DNA from: Ginkgo biloba
Taxonomy: Eukaryota > Plantae > Ginkgophyta
Direction: 5' to 3'
DNA length: 36,325 bases
Assembly (NCBI GenBank): GCA_024626585.2
Contig: JANKJI020000004.1
Location: forward strand, 131,612,099-131,648,423
The notes below the pieces were generated by a model. That model made no database searches. It was not told the origin of the DNA and saw only the letters and a list, made by a program, of their open reading frames with translations. Below, one piece after another: positions 11,593 to 23,130 of this stretch (its first letter is position 1; the number at the start of each line of letters is the position of its first letter). Both the position numbers and the translations under genes were made by a program.

Positions 11593-12500
11593 AAGAGCCC
11601 ATAAATTATTGAAATTCTTATAAAATAAATTCATAAGTTATAAGGAATTTCACAAAAAAATGTTAGTGATCATGACCTTTAGTTTATGAACAACTTTTAT
11701 AAATAATTATTTCACCATCTAGGTGTTGCATTGATGATAATTATTTCACCTAATTATCATTCATAAGCAAATTGAGTGGTAAATAAATAGATTAAAGGAT
11801 ATCTCTAAAACTCTGAAAGTTATAAATAAGAAATATGGGCTAAATGTGTACATTTAGCAAAAATATGGAATAATTCAACCCACAATAACTCCATCCAAAT
11901 ATTGACCTTTAAAGCAATGTATGGTTATGAGCCTACTCAACCAAAGGATTAGACCTGTAGATTTTAGGATGAAAATTCCAACAGTTAAAGATTATTTATA
12001 AGAGTCATATGGTATAACTAAAATATTAAAAGAGAATGTTATAAATGCATAATCAGAGATGAAACAATAAGATAATAAACATCAATTAGAATAATATTTT
12101 TAAGTGGATGATTAAGTGCACATTCATTTATAACCTTTCAAGTAAACATTATAATGCAAAACTCAACTTACACTTTTACGGGTCTTATTAGGATAGATAT
12201 AAGATTGAAACGCCTTGGAAATACCACAAAACTCTAGAATCCATATCATGCTTGGAATTTGGAGAACACATTACAATACTAATTTCCTGTGCTTGATAAA
12301 GAAGGGAAGTTGGTATTTATTCTAGAAACTATTACAGAGGCATAAGAAAAATAAATGTGATTAAAAATAGTCAAAGATTTTTTTATCTATTGGTGAGACT
12401 TACCCTAGAGGATGCTTCTTAGGACTTAATGTCCATTATACATCACATACCTAATGTTCCAATCTTAATGCTTATGGAAAAACATCTTTAAGAGAGGGAT
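11593..12500 (+). mobile_element. Degenerate chromovirus (Ty3/gypsy) integrase C-terminus, chromodomain and PPT, antisense within actin intron 1
   Basis: VSDHD..FMNNFYK*LFHHLG, HLAKIWNNSTHNNSIQILTFKAMYGYEP, KLNLHFYGSY (GPY/F motif), PVLDKEGKLVFILE...FFIYW*DLP*EDAS* (chromodomain-like), then purine tract aagagaggga at 12490-12499. Confidence 0.85.
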
Positions 12501-13149
12501 TCTTATTATAAACCTTATTAATAAATTAATGAATACTTATTTATATGAAAGGTCACCATATTTGGTGCACCTCATCAAAATCCAACTCTTGAAAATTTTA
12601 TCATACCTGAGATAATACATTTTATACTGTTAGATTATATGAGTTAAATGCATTACTTTATTAGTTATAATGAATATACAATAATTCAAGGAAGTTAGAG
12701 AAATCATGATTTTTATGCGAATTATTTATGTTTATTACTCATATATATGCAAAGGAATTAGGATCTAAGATTTTCCAATTTTAATTAATTATAAAATTTT
12801 AACTAATATAGGAATTTTAGTAATATTAAACCTTGGCTAATTAGGAATTTTAAAATCTAATTTCATGGTAGTTTGTAGCTCATTTGATTTTTCTTTATCA
12901 AAACAATTAAATACATTTGTTGCAGTGATTTTGTAAGTTCAATATATTATCTTGTTATATGTAAACTTAGGAAATATGACCTTAAATTATTCAATCCTCT
13001 TATTTTTCTAGTATATTGTTCAATGAGAAGTGTAAGGGTCAAAGGTGGTGATATGATATTCACATTGTAATTTTTAACATTTTTTTGCCAGTATCAAAAA
13101 TTATATTTCTTTAATAATGATTTACAAATGTGTGTATATGTTATATTAC

Positions 13150-13209
13150 CTTCACCGTCCCAGATCCATTGTCACAAACAACTGCTTGGGCTTCTTCACC
13201 GTCCTCCAT
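13150..13209 (-). CDS. ACT: Actin coding exon 1 (60 bp)
   Basis: ATG GAG GAC GGT GAA GAA GCC CAA GCA GTT GTT TGT GAC AAT GGA TCT GGG ACG GTG AAG|gtaata = MEDGEEAQAVVCDNGSGTVK. Exactly 20 codons with a phase-0 donor, as in plant actins. Linkage to exons 2-4 crosses 100-N gaps. Confidence 0.92.
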
Positions 13210-13723
13210 GACCAGATAAGTNNNNNNNNNNNNNNNNNNNNNNNNNNNNNNNNNNNNNNNNNNNNNNNNNNNNNNNNNNNNNNNNNNNNNNNNNNNNNNN
13301 NNNNNNNNNNNNNNNNNNNNNNNNNNNNNNNNNNNNNNNNNNNNNNNNNNNNNNNNNNNNNNNNNNNNNNNNNNNNNNNNNNNNNNNNNNNNNNNNNNNN
13401 NNNNNNNNNNNNNNNNNNNNNNNNNNNNNNNNNNNNNNNNNNNNNNNNNNNNNNNNNNNNNNNNNNNNNNNNNNNNNNNNNNNNNNNNNNNNNNNNNNNN
13501 NNNNNNNNNNNNNNNNNNNNNNNNNNNNNNNNNNNNNNNNNNNNNNNNNNNNNNNNNNNNNNNNNNNNNNNNNNNNNNNNNNNNNNNNNNNNNNNNNNNN
13601 NNNNNNNNNNNNNNNNNNNNNNNNNNNNNNNNNNNNNNNNNNNNNNNNNNNNNNNNNNNNNNNNNNNNNNNNNNNNNNNNNNNNNNNNNNNNNNNNNNNN
13701 NNNNNNNNNNNNNNNNNNNNNNN

Positions 13724-13800
13724 TTCTGTCAACAAAAATAACCACCGAAAGACACAGAAAAAAAAAAAAAAAGCTAAGGCAAGAGAAATAAAGCAAGATT
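13724..13800 (-). other. Candidate 3' splice site of the actin 5'-UTR leader intron
   Basis: Minus strand shows a long poly-T run then ctgtgtctttcggtggttatttttgttgacAG|aa (AG at 13727-13726), right at the gap edge upstream of the ATG. Plant actins typically have a leader intron ending shortly before the start codon. Confidence 0.55.
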
Positions 13801-15630
13801 CTTGCTCATGGCACAAGATTAAAGTCGGTAGTAAAGCATTGTGGACAGGTATTTTATCCATGAAAAAAAAATACAAAAGGAAATTCAAACAGTTCAGTAG
13901 GTTGGCTAAAGAGTGATGTTTGTCCCTCGTTGCAGTCTTGAACAAAGTTTGTGCCACTCTGCAGCTTTGGCATCTTTAATTCTGCCCATATTACCAGACA
14001 TTTTGCACCTTTAAGTTTGGCTTATGAGAGACTGATTGGTGAGATCGCCATTCCTGGTGGAAAAGGTTGAGAATAGAGGGGGTCCATTGGAGTTGCATTC
14101 TTTGGGGTAAAGTGGATGCTCTATGTATTCTTATTGCACCATTAATAAAATTTGACTTGATTCCTTCATGTATTTCCCTTCAAAAATCTTCAAAAGAATA
14201 GGATATTGCACTTTTTCTAGAAGGTTGAACTATATGGTGTTAACTAAAGCAATGGACTAGATATTCTTTGTATATGCTGCAAAGAAGCTCTAAATTTGCA
14301 TGTTATCATTTTTATATATGTAAAACCATTGGAACTAGGATTGTTAAGCTTTTATAGAAGGTTGAGCGTGGCTTCTTATAAAGANNNNNNNNNNNNNNNN
14401 NNNNNNNNNNNNNNNNNNNNNNNNNNNNNNNNNNNNNNNNNNNNNNNNNNNNNNNNNNNNNNNNNNNNNNNNNNNNNNNNNNNNNNNNNNNNNNGTATAT
14501 TCGATCTTTGTTTGAACTTTAGATTTTGTTGTCATCTTTATATAATAAAGAAAAAATAGCATTAGAGGGAGGGACTCCACCATATGGCTCTTGTTAGTAT
14601 GGTGGCCTACATGTTGTGCTTACATAAGGACTTTTTAGGAGAATGATCACTTGAACATCCATTCTCAAACCAATTTCTTGCCTTTAGCCATTAGATTGAA
14701 CCCACTTCATCATAAAAGAAGCCATGGTAAGTTGAGTTGAACATGTGACCGACGTTCCACTTCCTCTTATGCGATTACACTCGCCTCTTTTCAACAAGCG
14801 ATGGGTGATGCATCATTAGGATTAATCTTATGGCTTGTGGTTTTCAAATGCCATGAAGCATTAAATCAAACTCATACTTGACCAACTTAGCCATATATGT
14901 AAATGTTTTGCTAAATATGCACATAAATGCTAAGAAGTTATTAGCAAAGGAGCATTAATATGAACTAATTTTTTTTATTGTAGATTAATCTGAAGGCTCA
15001 ATGTGGGGGGAAAGAGGAGCCATGGATGATGTGCTTTTATTCATAGAGTTGGAGATGAATGCTATAGCAACATAAAAAATAATGCTCGTTATGAAGCACC
15101 AACATCACCCACATGTTAAAAATAAGAGCATTGCGACATGCTTACTTAGATAGTGAGTGGTTGGTGCTCATTCTTCTTGTTTTGGTATGAGTTCAAACGT
15201 TAATCCATGGTGTGTCACTTTACCCTCTACACAACATTACATATCCCCAACATCACACATAAATGTAAGACATGAATAAGAATTATGACTTGGAATATCA
15301 ATTGCCTTAAGATTGACATATTTATAACTGCATTCATATGCATGTGAATCAAAACCCAAAAATATACATAGAGAAATGAATGCCAATAATTCATACAAGG
15401 TATTGTGTATGGCAAGATCTTGTCTCAACAATGAACCCTATAGTAAGGGAGTTATCAAGCTATTTAGGGAGAAGTTAAGGTATAGTTAGCTTTCCCAAGT
15501 TTTGAAGATGTAAACAAACCAAAACCTCATTGGTGCATGTAGGATTAGATATCAACTGCTTGAGAAAGCTAGGTTGTAATTTCCTTCCAAGCTCTTCTCT
15601 ATAGTCGAACCTTACTAGTCAACAAGCTTG

Positions 15631-16380
15631 TATATGTAATGCGGAACTTTAAATGACAAACAACAAAATCACAAAGTGCTTATATACATGGTCTAGGAAT
15701 CAAAATGTTATTTATCTATCTTGCTTCTCAATTACATGGATGCTTACAATAGTTACTTTAATACATGGGCTAACTAGACATTTTAATTTGTTTATTGGAT
15801 AGGCACTTGTTTTCCAATTTCTTAATGGCTAACCAACCAACCATTTTTTAGTTCTATCAATTGCACTCATACATCTACTTGTTATAATCAATGCCACTTA
15901 CATCTTATTTGTTACTCCACTCTCAAGTGTGCCTTCTTGCAATCCATGTCACTTACACCTTGATTTGGCTACAACTACAATTATGCCTTATTGTGCTCTA
16001 TGCCACTTACAATTGAGCTTGGCTACACTTATGGGTGTACCTTTATATGGTTGATCCCTTGTACATTTTGCATCTCCCTTTTAAAACCCTCTAAGCCAAG
16101 CATATGTTGACCTCTGCACTACTCAGGCTCCTCTTGAGTTGATCCCCTCACAATTTGTTGAATTTCTCTTTTCCTATTGGAATCCTTTTCTCTAGATCAA
16201 AAATCCCTTTCTATGGAGTTGTGATTATCTTTTATATTATCGACTTTCATAACTACTACACCAACTATCAAAGTGTGCAAAGGATTTAAGAAATGGTTAC
16301 ATAATCATTCATATTCTCTCTTAGTCTTCTTGCTTGTTTACATGGCTTGGTGCCATATGTTACCTTGTTGACACGTTAAT
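15631..16380. repeat. LTR-like repeat, copy A (related to 20126-20659)
   Basis: Shares tatatgtaatg...tacatg.t.taggaat and a block of about 170 bp (ccctttctatggag...ccaactatcaaagtg...ggatt.aagaaat.gtta...ttcatattct...gttgac) with copy B. Confidence 0.65.
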
Positions 16381-17515
16381 TGAGCGATAGGGTCGAAGAA
16401 GATGAAGAGATACCTAAGTCTCCTCCCAAGAAGGATCATTTCAAACCAACTGCATGTGGACCAAAGGGCAAGGAAACCCTTGATCCCTCACCTTATTCAT
16501 CCAAAACCCCTGAGGATAAAGCAAAGTCCAAACTTATTAATCTCATTGGAACTGTGGGCTAGGAATTACCTAATGTTCTAGCCACTACCCAATCTCAGAC
16601 TAGATAAAATTTTGCATCGACATCTAGCCCAATTCTACCCATAGTTCCTCCTCCTCCTTTTGAGAAGGCTATGCCTTATCGACTAGCTCAGGTTGATTTT
16701 TAAAGACCCCTCCCTCATATTATAAGGGGGAAATCGTACTCTATCATAGATAAATTATTCTCCATATCATTTGATATGTCATTTATGTATTTACTTTAAT
16801 CCTTCTCTAAGTAGCGAGCAACCTTATTATCAACTCTTGCTTCTAAGTTCTCCTTAGAAAAGAACATGTTCATGTTTGACCCCTCTCTCTTGCCTTCGAA
16901 AGAAGAGAGGGCATCTAGTTTGGCCCAACCCTTTTATATCTAGGTAGGGATTGGGGAGTGCCAGTTCCACCACGTGATTGTGGACTCAGGCTCCTTGGTA
17001 AATGTCATGCCCAGATCAGTTTATGACCAGTTGGATGTCGGGCCTCTACGTCCCACCAATTAGTCTTATAAAGGTTTTGATAGAACTCGACAAACCCCTA
17101 CTGGTCAAGTGGTCATGCCAGTCTCACTGGTAGGAAAGACCATTTCTATTAATGTGGTGGTATTGAGTCAAGACCTTGACTATAATCTTCTTTTGGACTG
17201 CCCATGGATAGATGAGATGAAGGCCATTATTTCGGCCTTATTTTGGAAGATCTATTTTTTCCACCAAGGTGAGGTGCAGAAGGTCCAATGGATGTCTCAT
17301 ATTGCGCCTAGTCAATCTTCTATGTCTGCTACTATATCCTTGGTGGATCTTTCTCGGGATAGTGACTAGGAGTTTGATGCATCCCTTACCAATGATTTTA
17401 TATCAATTGGTTTAGGGTAGTACCTATTCGAGGATGCCCTTGGTATGAGCTCTTTGCCATCTCACCCCATGGGTGACTCCTCTCCTCTGGATTTGCTTAG
17501 CCACCCCGTCCACAT
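16380..17515 (+). mobile_element. Degenerate Ty3/gypsy (Tat/Ogre/Athila-like) gag-spacer and retropepsin protease
   Basis: VIVDSGSLVNVMPRSVYDQL (D-S-G aspartic protease motif, about 16974) continues via a stop into ORF 17109 ...DYNLLLDCPWIDEMKAIIS (consensus YNLLLGRPWIH.M.AV.S). A PPT-like gaggggggag lies further on at 18376-18385, across a gap. Confidence 0.8.
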
Positions 17516-19195
17516 NNNNNNNNNNNNNNNNNNNNNNNNNNNNNNNNNNNNNNNNNNNNNNNNNNNNNNNNNNNNNNNNNNNNNNNNNNNNNNNNNNNNN
17601 NNNNNNNNNNNNNNNATGATATGTGGGGCTCAAGCTTTTCTTTTTCAAGATTAAGTCAAACCCAATCCCTTTGTCAAGTTTTTCAATTGGGCCTAAGTTA
17701 TGTCATATATACACAGTTCCTTAAACTTGGTCTTTCATGGAAGATTCTTACTCCTGTCTTTGTTGGGCTTGAGTTAAAGTTCATTGCTTCTATTAGGTTC
17801 AATATTCACCCCTACCTATTTGACTTAGTCACTTTAATGGTGTTAGACCCAAAATTTAGATCAATACTAGTTCTAGTACTTAACCATTTTTTCTAAACTT
17901 TTAGTCAAGTCCTCCATCTCTGTGTTGGGGTTTTCTTGTCACATCAACATTATTGTTAGAGATGATATCACCCTAGCCATTACTTCTTGGTTTTGTATAT
18001 CTAGTTATACTTTGGGGCTAGTTATTTTGTATCGAGCTACTCCTTTGTTGAACTTTATTTTCTATGATAGTAGTGTCGAACTCCACTATTTGCTTCTAAC
18101 ATTATATTATATCATTTCCCAAAAACTTTATTATTTTTCTATTGCATTTATTGGACTCCTTTTTGCCACTTAATTTCTTAGGATGTTGATCACCCTTCTG
18201 AGTTAGATTTGACCAAGACTAGCTCCCTTGTTTGAAGATAGTGGTGTACAACATCTTGATGTAAATTGACTTATCAATGAACTTAGTATGAAGCACATGC
18301 TTATGGATTCCCTTATCAGACTCTCACTATGAAGCTTTCATTTATTTTCTACCTATCATCGACACTAAATAAGATGAGGGGGGAGATTTTAGAGTCATAG
18401 GAATAATCCCAAGGCGCTAACAAAGGCACATTTGACTTTGTTATTACACAATGGATCTAATCCATAATAAGACTACATTTTCTATAATATGGGTTTTAGA
18501 TTCTAATTCCTATAAAATTATTATCCAACAAAATGAAATTAAACCACTCTACCTCTAGGTCTTATATGTATAAATTATCTTTAGTCGTTACTAAGGATAT
18601 AGCCTTTAAATTATCTTATACATTATTTAACTACCACCTCTTGGTCAATTTCTTAACTAGCATAATCAANNNNNNNNNNNNNNNNNNNNNNNNNNNNNNN
18701 NNNNNNNNNNNNNNNNNNNNNNNNNNNNNNNNNNNNNNNNNNNNNNNNNNNNNNNNNNNNNNNNNNNNNNNNNNNNNNNNNNNNNNNNNNNNNNNNNNNN
18801 NNNNNNNNNNNNNNNNNNNNNNNNNNNNNNNNNNNNNNNNNNNNNNNNNNNNNNNNNNNNNNNNNNNNNNNNNNNNNNNNNNNNNNNNNNNNNNNNNNNN
18901 NNNTAGCTCATCCCATCTCTATTACCGAATGTCATATATGTGCTCCTAAATGAAAGCTTGTTTCCTTGGTCTCTTCAAATATTCAGGTTACTAGAGGATG
19001 AACCCTAACATTGCTCATTTGTCTATGAGAACTCCATTCTTGTCATTTAACGAAGTTAATCAAAGTTGTAATACAAAAGTAAGAAGAGAAGTAGTACTTT
19101 TCATTGTATGTTATAATGGAACAAAAGAAAAAAATATTTACTAGTCTACTCATTATTACTTAATTGTAACGATCAAAAAAAGATATGTACATCAC

Positions 19196-19255
19196 CATCT
19201 TGGCCAATGCAAACACCATTATGGATGATGCAACATTCTCCAACATAACAGTTTT
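19196..19255 (-). CDS. LPXD: Single internal exon of UDP-3-O-acylglucosamine N-acyltransferase (plant LpxD, lipid A/lipid X pathway)
   Basis: Minus strand AAC TGT TAT GTT GGA GAA TGT TGC ATC ATC CAT AAT GGT GTT TGC ATT GGC CAA GAT G|gt = NCYVGECCIIHNGVCIGQDG, matching recalled plant LpxD NCSIGD.CVIHNGVCIGQDG(FGF). Just upstream across a 10-N gap is an acceptor-like ...ttatgcttca[g]. Confidence 0.78.
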
Positions 19256-20125
19256 NNNNNNNNNNTGAAGCATAATTGGACAAATTGAATTCATAACCTA
19301 ACTCAAAATAACCATATAAAAAAATGATCTAAAATATAAGATTATGTTCAAGTTATAATATAACATGACAATGTAGTTTATGAATAGATTTCCCACCGTA
19401 AACCTATAAATGATATTATCAAGTCAAGCAAACAATGTGTACTAACTAGTGAGCTATGTTCTCTTAACGTGTGTCTGAAATCTAATTGCCAAACATTTAT
19501 TCTACAAAATAATCTAAATTAGTTGTGACATATATGTGCACACAAAAAATAACCCATTGGCGAAAAAACTCTTGACAAGAATTAGAAGAGAATAATGATA
19601 GTCAACCTAAGATCACACCCCCAATGAGGTATATATACATAGCCAAACCTAATGCTATATGACATCATGGTCAATCCATCTCTACACAACCCCTACTTGA
19701 ACAACCTTTTTTGGAACCAATAGAGTTAAAAATTTACATGATAAACCCCGCTAGAGGAGCAACTACAATGTACAAATAGGCATTTTACTAATGAGTCATT
19801 TCTTACTCAAAAATTTGTATAAGAATGAATTCATGCCCCTTCAAGCCTTAAGGGAGCTTATTCATTGGTGGTAAGCCTAAGGAGTTGTATGGACACGTAC
19901 AACTACCATATGACCAAGATTGAGATACAAACATTTTAATGAATGCTGACCATTGACTAAGTTATAGTAATGTACTAGAAAGTAAGAGGGTGGAAAAATC
20001 ACTTTTAAAATAAAAAGGTCACAACGGGTGAAATGTAAGGTGAAGAGTCATTGGAAGGAGAAAGGTCACCACAAGTTGATGATCACTAAAGAGGTTGTAG
20101 AAAGGAAAGAGTGACCTGCGACCCA

Positions 20126-20659
20126 TATATGTAATGTTGAAACTTAAAACAACAAAACCTAGTCATTCTTTCTCCTGTACATGATTTAGGAATTAGAAAT
20201 GCTATTTGTTATTTCTTCTTTTCTAGCTACAATGTTGCATGCAATAGTTGATCAAGCGCATTGGCTAACCAGTCATTTTAGTTTGCTTATTGCCTACACA
20301 TGTAGGATTCCCTTTATGTGGTCGATGCCACTTACAGGTAGAGTCTCCCTTCTTGGAGTCCTCTGGGCCAACTAATTGTCGACCCCATGGTTTATTGAGC
20401 CTCTCCTTAATTGAACACTTTCCATAAACAGTCGAGTCTCGCTGTACCAAGAAAACCCCCCTTTGTCTGAACCCAAAAGCCCCTTTCTATGGAGCTCTTA
20501 TTAGTTTTCATATTGTTGGCTTCTATAACTATTGAACCAACTATCAAAGTGCATGTAGGATTCAAGAAATAGTTATGTAATTGTTCATATTCTTCTTATC
20601 ATTTTCTTACTTGCTTATGTGGTGAATGTCATGTGTCGTGTTGACTTGTCACTTCATCA
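20126..20659. repeat. LTR-like repeat, copy B, ending in ...cacttcatCA
   Basis: Homologous to 15631-16380 at both ends. Similarity stops at a CA terminus (TG on the other strand), typical of LTR ends. Confidence 0.65.
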
Positions 20660-23130
20660 AAAGGGTTTTAGTTAATGAAGACATAAATTGCTAGTGTTAG
20701 GCTCAAATTTGGCCCTAATAAAATGGAGGAAGTCTATTTTTACTTTAACATTAATGGTTCTCTATAACCACTTCAATATTTATTGAAGTTTAGCTAATTT
20801 ATCTATTCAAGTGGAGTAGGCTTCAACTATTTTGTCGTTGATTTTGACTTGTTACTAAATGAAGTATGCAAATTATGCGAACAATGAGATTTTTCCCATA
20901 AAAGAAACCCTTACTCGTTAATCAGGGTTACTTAATGCACCCTAAAGAGGGTGGGTATAATCAGTAGAAGGAATGCACCATTAAGTTCAAAGAAAGCAAT
21001 GGGAGATATAAAAGACTATATAAAGAAATATTTAGTTTTATTATTATTCTTATGAAGATTCTAAATTTGGTCTCTAAGTAGACTACAATTTGAATGCTCA
21101 GTTGTGTAATGACTCACTCCTAGAATTTAAAACCTACTTACCTAATCATTGTAAGGGGGTGATCTAAGTAGGAGTGACCTTACTCTTACCACTTAGAATT
21201 TTGGATTGGACTAATACTCATAATTCTCAACTCATAGCTACTATTTGAAAGTTGCACATTATGTTTGTGCACATAGACAACCCTTCTATTAGATTTTATT
21301 CATTTTCTATTTTTTCTTTTTTTAGAGGGAGTATCTAATCTATCCCAGGAATACTAAGTATTCAATACCTACTACTTTAAACACCTATATAAGGTTCTCA
21401 AATATCTATAGAGTCTTTTTCCTATCAACATCCAATGAACTAGAATATCAAGGAAATGTCCATTCTAAATGATGTAAGGATGATGAAATATCCTATCTAT
21501 TCATGGAACTTCTGAGAATGATGTAAGGGACATTCTCCTAACTATATAAAACTAATATACTTTTGGATAATTCTAGCTATAAAGAATGAAGTAAGTGGAT
21601 TGGTGATGTAGAGGATAGGCCTACGAAAGTTTATCACCCTCACTAGTATAGAAAATTGCATATACTTTTCTCTCTGCCTTGAACTATTATAATAAGAAGG
21701 AAATCTATTCTAAGCTTACATTGATAAAACTCAAAAAAATCTAGTTATGATAACTATATCACCTATCCTCGAATCTGATTTGACTATAGAAAATAACAAG
21801 AGCATAATCACAAAGGATTGGGAAGCTAAAACAATGATTCTTCAAGAGAAAAGGTTTAATTTTAAGAGTTTAAATGCACAACTATTTTCAACTAATTACA
21901 TAATTTTATTAATATTAGAATTACATAAGGTTATAATGTAGGCAGATTGTTAGCTATGAAGAAGGTCTTATATGACACAAGAAGATAGTATAGTAGTTAC
22001 TAGGCCATCCTCCAAAGCATCGAGAAATACAATTACTATATTTACATTTAATATGCCTAACATATAAACTTAGAATTTATCATACAAACCTACTCCATGA
22101 ACAATAAAATATGGAATGAAAGATACAAAAATAATTCAAAAATTCTACAGCATTAATATTTCCCCACAAAAGGTGAGTTTAGTTTATGTGCCTTCCACAT
22201 AATCTAAGTGGTATCTTCAATGTATCAATTCTAGAGATGATGTGTTATATCCCCTACTATAGATTGTAGGTGTTAAGGACCTTCCAAGCTATTTTACCTC
22301 TATGGGAGAAGAGATAATTAGTGATGACATTGAGGACTCTAAAATGACTCCATCATAGAAAATCTCATCCAATTCCATCTCTAAGGTACTAATTGATATC
22401 AATTCATTTGAATCTCTATATAAATCAAAATGAAGCTCTGAATTATCTTACGAATTGGATATATCTTATGTTTCCATGTTGGAGTCATCTAATAAGATCA
22501 TAATTATCTCATGCATATCAAATTTAAAATAAGAGACTTCATACATAAGGTGTTTCTCAATTAAGAAAATGTTACTCGTCATAGCTAGAAAGGAATGATA
22601 GTGTGAAATAACTAATAGGCAAGCATAGGAGTGAGCAACAGAAACAAACATGTAAGAGAAATTGTGAAGTAAACTATGATTTCTATAAAGTTGGAAGTGG
22701 GTTGCATTAATAATAGAGCGATTATTATGAAGAAAAGGTGGATAATGATTATGTAAAATGGTTGGTCATTTCATGGTCATGGGCANNNNNNNNNNNNNNN
22801 NNNNNNNNNNNNNNNNNNNNNNNNNNNNNNNNNNNNNNNNNNNNNNNNNNNNNNNNNNNNNNNNNNNNNNNNNNNNNNNNNNNNNNNNNNNNNNNNNNNN
22901 NNNNNNNNNNNNNNNNNNNNNNNNNNNNNNNNNNNNNNNNNNNNNNNNNNNNNNNNNNNNNNNNNNNNNNNNNNNNNNNNNNNNNNNNNNNNNNNNNNNN
23001 NNNNNNNNNNNNNNNNNNNNNNNNNNNNNNNNNNNNNNNNNNNNNNNNNNNNNNNNNNNNNNNNNNNNNNNNNNNNNNNNNNNNNNNNNNNNNNNNNNNN
23101 NNNNNNNNNNNNNNNNNNNNNNNNNNNNNN

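Noticed and set aside
13117-13957. Long ORFs spanning N runs (also about 18.5, 22.7 and 27.8 kb)
   Set aside because: Open only because N runs contain no stops.
18904-18960. Minus-strand TFGNRD after an AG as a possible further LpxD exon (IGNRVEIG)
   Set aside because: Only GNR matches and the intervening FGF..KKPQ exon is absent.
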